Below, piece after piece: positions 1-7,371 of a DNA stretch of 25,562 bases. Made by a program: the position numbers and the translations under genes. Origin of the DNA: Candidatus Helarchaeota archaeon (GTDB lineage: Archaea; Asgardarchaeota; Lokiarchaeia; Helarchaeales; RDOG01); the NCBI GenBank assembly GCA_029838215.1, contig JALGVI010000078.1, forward strand, positions 1 to 25,562, given 5' to 3'. Within the stretch, counting starts at the first letter, position 1; every line of letters begins with the position of its first letter. Under the pieces are notes generated by a model. That model searched no databases. It had not been told where the DNA came from and saw only the letters and a program-made list of their open reading frames with translations.

Positions 1-72
1 CCGATCCTGAAATGCAGCCCCGGTCTCATGAGAAACGTGTTGGAACTCGCCGTACTTGAAACCGCGTGACAT
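1..72 (-). CDS. 5' part of a gene running off the left edge (MSRGFKYGEFQHVSHETGAAFQDR...), product unknown
   Basis: ATG at 72 on the minus strand, open to position 1; purine-rich AAGGGGAGAAATACGGAG directly upstream; T/A-rich TATA-like stretch at ~104-113. Not in the ORF track because it is truncated. Confidence 0.55.
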   Translation of the reverse strand, partial: MSRGFKYGEFQHVSHETGAAFQDR

Positions 73-189
73 CTCCGTATTTCTCCCCTTTATCAATGTC
101 CAACTTTTTATAGGATTTCGCGCACTAGTTAATTACTATTTTTTTAGTGGTAAGAAACTAGACCGCGAAACCCTGTAAAAAGTTGGTTT

Positions 190-1029
190 GTGATGAAGAA
201 GAAAGAAGCTCATTTCACGACTGCGGATGGTTTAAAAATATATTATCAAGTCTGGGAACCGAACACGCCTAAAGCCATCGTTCAAATAGTTCATGGATTT
301 GGAGAACATTCTGGTCGTTATTCAAATGTCGTTGAGAAATTAGTCCCCGTTGGTTACATGCTCTATGCAACTGATCACCGAGGTCACGGCAAATCGGAAG
401 GTGTTAGAACATACGTGGATTCTTTTAATCAATTCGTTAAAGATCAAAGAATGTTTCACGAAGTCATTCGAAATGACCAACCGAACCTCCCAATTTTCAT
501 GCTAGGACACTCCATGGGATCCTTCATTGCGGCGCATTTCGCATTTAAACATGAGAGTCTTTTGCAGGGACTGATTCTATCAGGAACTGGTGTCCTGCCT
601 GGTGGCTTTTTAAATCTCGTCGCCGCAGCTTCCTTACCGGTGCTCAGAATAATGGCATTCTTCACTCCCAAACTTCGCTTGAACGTGTCACTCGGGAGTG
701 GATTGTCTCGCGATCCGGAAGTCCGAAGAGCTTATGAAAGCGATCCACTTGTCGTGAAAACCATTACAGCAAAACTGGGTTTTGAAATGATAAATGCCGT
801 TACAAAAATGAAAAGAATGATCTGCAAGTTACGGCTTCCTCTATTAATTCAGTGTGGTTCCGAAGATTGGATTGCGCGTGGCATTAAGGAAATTGAAAAA
901 CAATTGGCGATGGAAGACAAGACAATTCGCATCTATAATGGATTGCGGCACGAGGTCTACAATGAATTAGAGGAAGATCGAGAAAAAGTCTTAAACGATC
1001 TTGTCCACTGGTTAGATTCGCACGTTTAG
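190..1029 (+). CDS. Alpha/beta hydrolase, lysophospholipase/monoacylglycerol lipase-like
   Basis: HGFGEH motif, DHRGHGKS, nucleophile elbow GHSMG, and C-terminal catalytic His in GLRHEVYNE. Stop overlaps the convergent polB stop by a few bases. Confidence 0.92.
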   Translation: MMKKKEAHFTTADGLKIYYQVWEPNTPKAIVQIVHGFGEHSGRYSNVVEKLVPVGYMLYATDHRGHGKSEGVRTYVDSFNQFVKDQRMFHEVIRNDQPNLPIFMLGHSMGSFIAAHFAFKHESLLQGLILSGTGVLPGGFLNLVAAASLPVLRIMAFFTPKLRLNVSLGSGLSRDPEVRRAYESDPLVVKTITAKLGFEMINAVTKMKRMICKLRLPLLIQCGSEDWIARGIKEIEKQLAMEDKTIRIYNGLRHEVYNELEEDREKVLNDLVHWLDSHV

Positions 1030-3278
1030 ATTTCCAGCTTTTTAAAGCGTTTTGTTTCTTCCGATCCTCCAAAATCGGTGAGATTCTGAAATGCCCGTTT
1101 TAGCAAGGCAATGTATGCTTCGACATCATATCGCGTTGAGGTTGCAAGTAATTGGCGCACGCAAACGCGGTTGGATGGAATTTTGGACTTGATATTCGTC
1201 AGTATGTATTGGACGTTTTCTCCCGGCTCGATCTTGATTCCCAGGGCGTGTAATTGTCGAGCAGCGATGGCTTGGCGGGATGACCCTTTATATTTCGCGG
1301 GATGTCGCGAGATCCGCATCGTGATCAGGAGGTCCTCAAGAGGATGGTTGCGTTTACGTATCTTGTCGATGTATTTTTGAAGGATCTTTTTTCGCACGAT
1401 GGGCACGAGTCTTTTGAAGTCGTTGCTGTTATTGGCGTGGCGGGCAAAATATTGGATCATTTCGTGTTGAGCTTTTTTTATTAGTTTAGGGGTGTCTCGT
1501 CGCCTGACTTCGAGTCCGCGAACCTTGATGCTTCCATCCGTGAACACGCCCCAATAATGATTCAGCGTTCCGATGGCACGGTTTGCACGCGTTGGTAAGA
1601 ATAAGACAAACTTGTACTTTCCATCATACTCTAGCGGAATTTTCGTGGCAGTTTCTACTTCCTTGCAGAATTCTTCGTGGTCTTCAGGCGTGCTTGAACC
1701 GTTTTTTAACCATAGTGAATCGACGATCCCGTGGATGACTTCATAACCTCGCTTGCGAGCGATTTCTGCTGACCGCAGGAGAAGCTCACGTGAATATGCC
1801 GTGACAGCTTGGTGTCCTTCGATCCTTCCGAAACGTGCGTTTTTGAATCCTAAATATCCAAATGAAACAACCAGTATCCACTTTAGTGCAGCCCGTCGTT
1901 GCTTGTAAATTTCCTTCAAGGCAGGGTCTATATTAGGGTCCTTGCACATTTGCTTATATTTCACGCGTTTTCGCAAGACGAGGTCGAGTGCTCTCGGCAC
2001 GAGTCCTTGGCGTTTCTCGCAGGTAGGGAATCCAATTATGGGAACGATGAGCTTGGAATCGGGGCAACACTTGCAAAAAATGGTTTCCGGGCTTATATTA
2101 TATTCCCGCATTAATGTCGGGTACATGGACGTGAAGTCGAACTCCAAAACATTGTCATAAATATTTGGACGCGGCTCGAAAATGTGTCCGCCCTTGTCTG
2201 TTTCCATCAGCTTGTAAGCAGACTTGAAGTACTCTGCATTTTTTTTCACGGGTGGAATCAAGATGCCATCTTTCAAGGCGTGGTACATCTGAATGGACTG
2301 AAGTGCGCCCCCAATGGTGATTCGGGAGAGTCGTTGAAGTGGCACGCGCGACACGCGGGCGACTTCCACTAAAGCAGGTAATTTGCCGCCCCAAAAATGT
2401 CCCACGCTTTCGTCAAGATGGATTCGACCTGTCAAATAAAACTGGGAAGAAGCGCGATGGTACACGATGCCATAGGAGTGATAGGAATTCGATCCCCCAT
2501 CAAGCTTGAATTGGCATTGCTTGAGCGCTCGCGGGTCTCGACACAATTGTAATGCCCAATCCATGTTTAGATACGAAGCACGAGCGATCAAGTATGGAAA
2601 TAGGAAAGCGTCTCCTCTATCCGTGAATATGATGTCTGGATCTGTCTTCTTCACGAAATCTGAAAGTTCAAGCAGCAGATTTGGCTCTGAATCCCCATCA
2701 ATAACTATTTTTTCATCGCCAAGTCGGAAAGTTACGGAAGCAAGTTCATCGGAGAATCTCGGGACAATAAATTCTGACTTGGTCTTGATCGCCATTCGCA
2801 AGACTCGAACCGGAGGCAAGTCATACTCTATCTTTTCCTGCGAATCGAGGAGACTGACGGTTGAAAGCCTGCCATTTGATGTGGAATATTCACCGAAGGC
2901 AAGCGGAAATAAATCGTGATGATAGAGAAATCGCTGGCTTAGAGGGATGTCGATATCAAATAGCCGACACGCATCAACCCTTTCGAGGTCCGACACGACC
3001 TTTCTGAAACGCGTGATGGAATCACAGCGGACTTCTAAAACCAACCGCTTTCGCGTGTCGTTGATGTCCACGCGTTTTCGCACGAAATCCACGCTCTCAA
3101 CGTGAGGATGTGAAGCAATGGATCTCTTGAGATCTCTGAGTGACTTCGAATGCACGTGAAACACGGGCACGTAATCTGACTGAACTCTCTCCATGGTGCG
3201 ATTTTCCTTCAAGACCCAGAGTGTTATTCCTTTATGGTCCACGTTCAGATCGAGTAACCAGCCTTTTACTTCGCTCAC
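1026..3278 (-). CDS. polB2: Family B DNA polymerase, archaeal PolB2 (Dpo2) subgroup
   Basis: Motif A FDFTSMYP, motif B KWILVVSFGYLG, motif C HGIVDS (PolB2-type replacement of YGDTDS), KVRGLEVRRRD. Exonuclease motifs are degenerate. GTG start with GGAG upstream. Confidence 0.9.
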   Translation of the reverse strand: MSEVKGWLLDLNVDHKGITLWVLKENRTMERVQSDYVPVFHVHSKSLRDLKRSIASHPHVESVDFVRKRVDINDTRKRLVLEVRCDSITRFRKVVSDLERVDACRLFDIDIPLSQRFLYHHDLFPLAFGEYSTSNGRLSTVSLLDSQEKIEYDLPPVRVLRMAIKTKSEFIVPRFSDELASVTFRLGDEKIVIDGDSEPNLLLELSDFVKKTDPDIIFTDRGDAFLFPYLIARASYLNMDWALQLCRDPRALKQCQFKLDGGSNSYHSYGIVYHRASSQFYLTGRIHLDESVGHFWGGKLPALVEVARVSRVPLQRLSRITIGGALQSIQMYHALKDGILIPPVKKNAEYFKSAYKLMETDKGGHIFEPRPNIYDNVLEFDFTSMYPTLMREYNISPETIFCKCCPDSKLIVPIIGFPTCEKRQGLVPRALDLVLRKRVKYKQMCKDPNIDPALKEIYKQRRAALKWILVVSFGYLGFKNARFGRIEGHQAVTAYSRELLLRSAEIARKRGYEVIHGIVDSLWLKNGSSTPEDHEEFCKEVETATKIPLEYDGKYKFVLFLPTRANRAIGTLNHYWGVFTDGSIKVRGLEVRRRDTPKLIKKAQHEMIQYFARHANNSNDFKRLVPIVRKKILQKYIDKIRKRNHPLEDLLITMRISRHPAKYKGSSRQAIAARQLHALGIKIEPGENVQYILTNIKSKIPSNRVCVRQLLATSTRYDVEAYIALLKRAFQNLTDFGGSEETKRFKKLEI

Positions 3279-3313
3279 GCTCCTGAAAACACCAAAGAAA
3301 TCTGCACTTATTT

Positions 3314-3325
3314 TATCACGTGATA
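3314..3325. promoter_or_regulatory. Perfect 12-bp palindrome TATCACGTGATA upstream of polB2, candidate operator
   Basis: Read directly. It lies 36-47 nt upstream of the polB2 start and 5 nt downstream (minus sense) of a TATA-like TAATAAAA at 3331-3338. Confidence 0.4.
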
Positions 3326-3472
3326 TTGAGTTTTATTAGAAGGGAGAGACCATGAGAGAAGTGAAAGTTTTTTGTCGATTTCCTAATTCTTCAGATTTAA
3401 ATATAATATTACTTCTCTAGAGTTCAGTAATACCGAACTTTGAGAAAATAAGAATCAAAGGAGTTAAGAAAT

Positions 3473-4000
3473 TTGGCAGAACCAATGAGTAGTTCGCACT
3501 TTCGCATGATGAAATTCTTCTTTAAAATCAGGGATTTGTTTCGATCTCCACGAAAATTGGTTGATGAAATTGGCATCAAGTCGGGAGATAAGATACTCGA
3601 TTATGGGTGTGGTCCCGGAAGCTACTCTATCATAGCAGCTGAAATGACTGGAGAGTCTGGGAAGGTTCACGCCTTGGATATTCATCCACTTGCCATTAAA
3701 TCCGTGAAAAAGAAGGCACTGAAAAAAGGATTGACCAATATTGAGACAATACAAACGGATTGCGGCACGAGCTTGGAAGATCAAAGCATTGACGTGGTCA
3801 TGATGTTTGATGTTTTTCACGACTTGGAGAACGGAAAACAGGTTCTCAAGGAGATGCACCGGATATTGAAGACAAATGGTAAGCTGGCATTTGATGATCA
3901 TCATCTAGAAGACGGCGAGATCAGGTCACGAATCACGGAAGATGGTTTATTTACTCTGGAAAAAAAAGACGCTCATCTTTATCTTTTTCGGAAGACATGA
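3473..4000 (+). CDS. Class I SAM-dependent methyltransferase
   Basis: Motif I ILDYGCGPG, acidic end of beta2 (ALDIHP), DVVMMFDVFHD and LKTNGKL. AAGGAG lies 9 nt before the TTG start; ATG at 3485 is an alternative start. Confidence 0.9.
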   Translation: MAEPMSSSHFRMMKFFFKIRDLFRSPRKLVDEIGIKSGDKILDYGCGPGSYSIIAAEMTGESGKVHALDIHPLAIKSVKKKALKKGLTNIETIQTDCGTSLEDQSIDVVMMFDVFHDLENGKQVLKEMHRILKTNGKLAFDDHHLEDGEIRSRITEDGLFTLEKKDAHLYLFRKT

Positions 4001-4067
4001 ATCTTCTTTTCTTTTTCGGCTTTTAAACTCATCAGCGCTCACCTTTTTATCGTCATGAGAATAATGA

Positions 4068-5048
4068 TCAAACAAATCGAGAAATGCTTGTTTGCACCAC
4101 GTGAAAGTTTTTTGCCGCTTTTCGAAGCCGTTTCAACCCATTTTCCAGTCGACTTTTGCTGAAACGTTTTCCGATGAAATGTGCCACTGCATTCAGGTTT
4201 GGATGATGAAACAATGGCGTGAATTTCATGGTTATGGGATGCAAGAAATAATTACGGATGCGTGCCGGATTCCACTCGATTTCCAGTCTTTTGGCAGCAA
4301 GGAAGTTTTCGATTGTTCCATGAGTTTGAATGGCTTTAAGTCCTTTTTTTGGACCAATTCCCTTGATTCCCGGATTGAAATCCGTGCCTATTAGCAAAGC
4401 AATATCTATGAGTTGTTCTTGCGTGATTTCGTGCCGTTTTAATGTTTCTTTCAATCCGTAATATTTGAACGTGTTCGTGTTAAAATTAAACTCGCGGATC
4501 ATGTAATGTGAGCCGAACAGGAGTGAGTCGTGATCTTGGCTTAGTGTTGCACGGGCTTTTTTTTCGATGACGAGTCTGGCACACTGGGCTTCTGCGTCGG
4601 ACGGAGCGCGACATACGGCGATTCCCATTGTCTTCAATAATTCGATGGTCTCAACTATGATGTAATTAAACGTGAAAGATAAGTCCTTGAAGAGTTCTCG
4701 TCCTTTCTTCACGTTTCCCTTTGTCGTATAGAAATAATGCCATTTCCAAGTATTTACTAATCGTTCGATCTTCCATGACGGTGTTACCCTTTTTTCTCTT
4801 ATTGGCATTCCATCAAATACCATGATTGGCTGGACATGATTTTCCAGACTATTTATGATGAAATAGAAAATCCCGAAAAGGTGAGAGACCGGGCGTCCCT
4901 CCTTATCTTTAAGCATTCTGTCTTGCTTGCGGATTTTTGTCAAGTATTTAAAAATTAAATTCGTTCCATCCACGGCGATTCTCGATCTTGCAATGTCATC
5001 AAAATCTCTTTCATGAATGTTCAATAATGGTTCGAGATTGCATCCCAT
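4068..5048 (-). CDS. fen: Flap endonuclease 1 (FEN1/XPG family), divergent, with C-terminal PIP box
   Basis: IAVDGTN, SHLFGIFY, VFDG, APSDAEAQCA, SQDHDSLLFG, GTDFNPGIKGIGPKKG (H2TH); terminal QTSISRFV resembles a PCNA-interacting motif. Confidence 0.92.
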   Translation of the reverse strand: MGCNLEPLLNIHERDFDDIARSRIAVDGTNLIFKYLTKIRKQDRMLKDKEGRPVSHLFGIFYFIINSLENHVQPIMVFDGMPIREKRVTPSWKIERLVNTWKWHYFYTTKGNVKKGRELFKDLSFTFNYIIVETIELLKTMGIAVCRAPSDAEAQCARLVIEKKARATLSQDHDSLLFGSHYMIREFNFNTNTFKYYGLKETLKRHEITQEQLIDIALLIGTDFNPGIKGIGPKKGLKAIQTHGTIENFLAAKRLEIEWNPARIRNYFLHPITMKFTPLFHHPNLNAVAHFIGKRFSKSRLENGLKRLRKAAKNFHVVQTSISRFV

Positions 5049-5063
5049 GGAAGAACATCGCCG

Positions 5064-5534
5064 TCATTCAATGAGTTTTCGTTTGAATTGAACATTCGCA
5101 AAGAAACTAGTCATGATGTGATTAATTCTATGAAGGAGAAAACCTGTTAAATCCGCCACGGTCAGCACGTAATGGCGAATCTCTTGCAAATCACGCACGA
5201 GAATGAATTCCATGAAGAATCCTTTTTTAGAAAGATTGAAAGTGGTGGACGGTGGTAAAAATGGTGAAATAAAACGCTTGAATGTTTTTGCTTGAAGATA
5301 AACCTTCTTATTGTCATTCCTGAATTCTTCTTCTCCAATCAACTCAATATTCAGATAGATGAGTTCTTCGAAAAGTGCTCGACAGATCTCTACGGTTCCG
5401 ATAATCACTTGATCTCTCGAGCGAATCACGTGTGCCAGTTCAAGCAAGTCAACGTGGCTATCTTCTTCTATCCATCGAAGTTCAAACTGTTTTTGGTTCA
5501 CGTCATTACAAGCGATCGGTAAAAAAACGGTCAT
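5064..5534 (-). CDS. Hypothetical soluble protein (~156 aa)
   Basis: ORF track gives 5064..5546, but GGAGG sits 5 nt before the ATG at 5534, so that start is preferred. Operonic position between the 321-aa gene and fen. No recognised motif. Confidence 0.7.
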   Translation of the reverse strand: MTVFLPIACNDVNQKQFELRWIEEDSHVDLLELAHVIRSRDQVIIGTVEICRALFEELIYLNIELIGEEEFRNDNKKVYLQAKTFKRFISPFLPPSTTFNLSKKGFFMEFILVRDLQEIRHYVLTVADLTGFLLHRINHIMTSFFANVQFKRKLIE

Positions 5535-6471
5535 CACCACCTCCACATGCTCGAAGCTGCACGTAATTTAGTAATTCGCGTCGTTTCAATCTTCTAATCT
5601 TTAGGTGTGAATAAATCCCTTGCAACTGCGCCTGCAAAACTTCTGCTTGGAAAGATACACGCTCCCATGTTTTCGTGAGATTTTTTGCATTAAGATTAAA
5701 CCAAGTGGGGCTCGTCGCAAAGGTCGTTATTAACAAACGTCCTGTTCTTAATTTTGTCAAACCGTGTTCTTCTGCACCAACCGTTCCTGTTTCAGAATCA
5801 CCTTCGTCGTCGATTGGAGACACTATTACATGATATGCAAAGGGAATGCGCGTGCTATCAAGAGTCTTGATGAATTGGAAAATTGGTGATTCATCCGACT
5901 GATTTTTTGGCACCACGTGAAGCGGGATTTCATGAATCTCTAATGTACATTCTGCGTGTAAGCGAGAATCTGACCGATAGAATAGTACTGATGATGATGA
6001 GTGTTGAGAAACGTGAGGTGGATGCCAAAAAAAATATTTAACGTTCGTCATTGGTGGAAGGATTTCCAAATCCTTCCATGGAAATAATTTTAACATTAAT
6101 AAAGAGCGATTTCGGGGGAAGAGGATGATGATGTAGCAGAAGACCGTGACAATAAAAGCCCCGATTCCCAATGAAATTCCCAAGAACATGTTGATTATTG
6201 AAGCCACACCGAAAATGATTAAGAATGACAGAATGGAAGCACCAATAATGAAAAAGAGTATAAATGTGGATAAAAAAGTGCTTTGTCTTGCTTGACTCTG
6301 GTTTAAATGGAAGTGTTTAAAGCTTCTAAATGATGTTTGAGCCCAGATATCAAGATTCATACTCCTACGAAATAAACTGAACGCTGAAACCGCAGAATGC
6401 GCCACGGATTCATCCGCAATATTATGACTTGGTGGAAATTCATCAATATTAGCATCTGTATCGTGCGACAT
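5506..6471 (-). CDS. Membrane protein: two TM helices followed by a soluble alpha/beta domain
   Basis: Hydrophobic stretches at ~aa 65-118; AGGTGA before the ATG; 7-bp gap from the upstream gene. Confidence 0.8.
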   Translation of the reverse strand: MSHDTDANIDEFPPSHNIADESVAHSAVSAFSLFRRSMNLDIWAQTSFRSFKHFHLNQSQARQSTFLSTFILFFIIGASILSFLIIFGVASIINMFLGISLGIGAFIVTVFCYIIILFPRNRSLLMLKLFPWKDLEILPPMTNVKYFFWHPPHVSQHSSSSVLFYRSDSRLHAECTLEIHEIPLHVVPKNQSDESPIFQFIKTLDSTRIPFAYHVIVSPIDDEGDSETGTVGAEEHGLTKLRTGRLLITTFATSPTWFNLNAKNLTKTWERVSFQAEVLQAQLQGIYSHLKIRRLKRRELLNYVQLRACGGGDDRFFTDRL

Positions 6472-6478
6472 GACATGT

Positions 6479-6967
6479 TCACCTACCTTTAAAGAGATTT
6501 AGGAGACCTAACCCCACGTATAATCCAAAATAAACCACCCATGTGATGTTTCCAATGTAGTAATATGGATTGAGAAAAAGTGGAAGTAGCATGAACACGG
6601 TCAAGAAGAGCCAAATTAATGTCCATGCTAAAAAAGCATATCGAATAAGAGAATATTGCTTCAGGACTGTAATTAATGCTTTAATGCGCGTAGAGCTTGA
6701 TTTTGCCTTCGGGATGGCGTAATGCCATCGCAGTTGTTCGATTTCATTAATGAATTGTAGCGTTTTTCTATCGATGTTTTGTGTTGAAAGTGTAGTTCTT
6801 TTTTGAACTACTTGAGCTGGAAATTCTCTTTTTTCTTTAAGATTAGATGAGAAAACATCACGCTTGCCCAAGCAATTTCGGATTGTCATGATTCCGATGA
6901 TGACCAATAGAATAATGGGCCACGTTGCTACGAGAAATGCAAAAATGATTATAAATGACTCGCCCAT
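6479..6967 (-). CDS. Membrane protein (162 aa, ~3 TM helices)
   Basis: One N-terminal hydrophobic helix and two C-terminal ones; GAGGT upstream; 9-bp gap from the upstream gene. Confidence 0.8.
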   Translation of the reverse strand: MGESFIIIFAFLVATWPIILLVIIGIMTIRNCLGKRDVFSSNLKEKREFPAQVVQKRTTLSTQNIDRKTLQFINEIEQLRWHYAIPKAKSSSTRIKALITVLKQYSLIRYAFLAWTLIWLFLTVFMLLPLFLNPYYYIGNITWVVYFGLYVGLGLLNLFKGR

Positions 6968-6976
6968 CTAAATACC

Positions 6977-7261
6977 TCAAGGAAAGTTCGTAAAGAACCA
7001 GAAGATTCCATAAAAGACCGAAAATACTGGGACAAAATCACCGAATAACCAAGCATAAACGAACCAGTTCATGCCGAGAAGGATTAGAAATGATGGTAAT
7101 GATCTGAAAGCGCGCCAGTTTCCATGTCCGATAGCAGAATAAGCCGCAACGAAGAACCCCACTATGAGTCCGATATTCACCAGAAACACGCAAAACATGG
7201 ACCAGAAATAGAATCTAAATAAGAAATCGTTCAAGAGTCCAAACAGATCTATCATGACCAT
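6977..7261 (-). CDS. Small hydrophobic protein (94 aa), helix-basic loop-helix, pilin-like architecture
   Basis: Two hydrophobic segments separated by HGNWRAFRS; GGACGTGA SD-like sequence upstream; first gene of a five-gene operon. Confidence 0.75.
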   Translation of the reverse strand: MVMIDLFGLLNDFLFRFYFWSMFCVFLVNIGLIVGFFVAAYSAIGHGNWRAFRSLPSFLILLGMNWFVYAWLFGDFVPVFSVFYGIFWFFTNFP

Positions 7262-7290
7262 TAAGAATCACGTCCCATTTTAAACAGCAT

Positions 7291-7313
7291 GGGTAAAATG
7301 TGATGTTAATAAA
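7291..7313 (-). promoter_or_regulatory. Promoter with shared motif: TTTATTAA-catcaca-TTTTACCC
   Basis: TATA-like 8-mer, 7-nt spacer, TTTTACCC; 29 nt before the 94-aa gene; same geometry at three other promoters. Confidence 0.7.
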
Positions 7314-7371
7314 GGTTGTGGTCGATAATGTAGGCTTTCCGATGGTTAAATTGGGGATGAGAATGACAAGA

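Noticed and set aside
456-2919. Short opposite-strand or alternate-frame ORFs over the hydrolase and polB2 (456-671, 884-1072, 1111-1380, 2506-2919 and others)
   Set aside because: Shadow ORFs inside well-supported genes, with no motifs or ribosome-binding signals.
3352-3420. 22-codon ORF MREVKVFCRFPNSSDLNIILLL with GGGAGAG upstream
   Set aside because: Too short, overlaps the probable TATA box of the methyltransferase gene, and has no supporting motif.
3464-3904. 146-aa minus-strand ORF
   Set aside because: Antisense to the methyltransferase, which has clear motifs.
3361-4114. 14-bp exact match GTGAAAGTTTTTTG at 3361 and 4101 flanking the methyltransferase
   Set aside because: Low complexity, the second copy lies inside the fen coding sequence, and there is no recombinase to make it an att site or target duplication.
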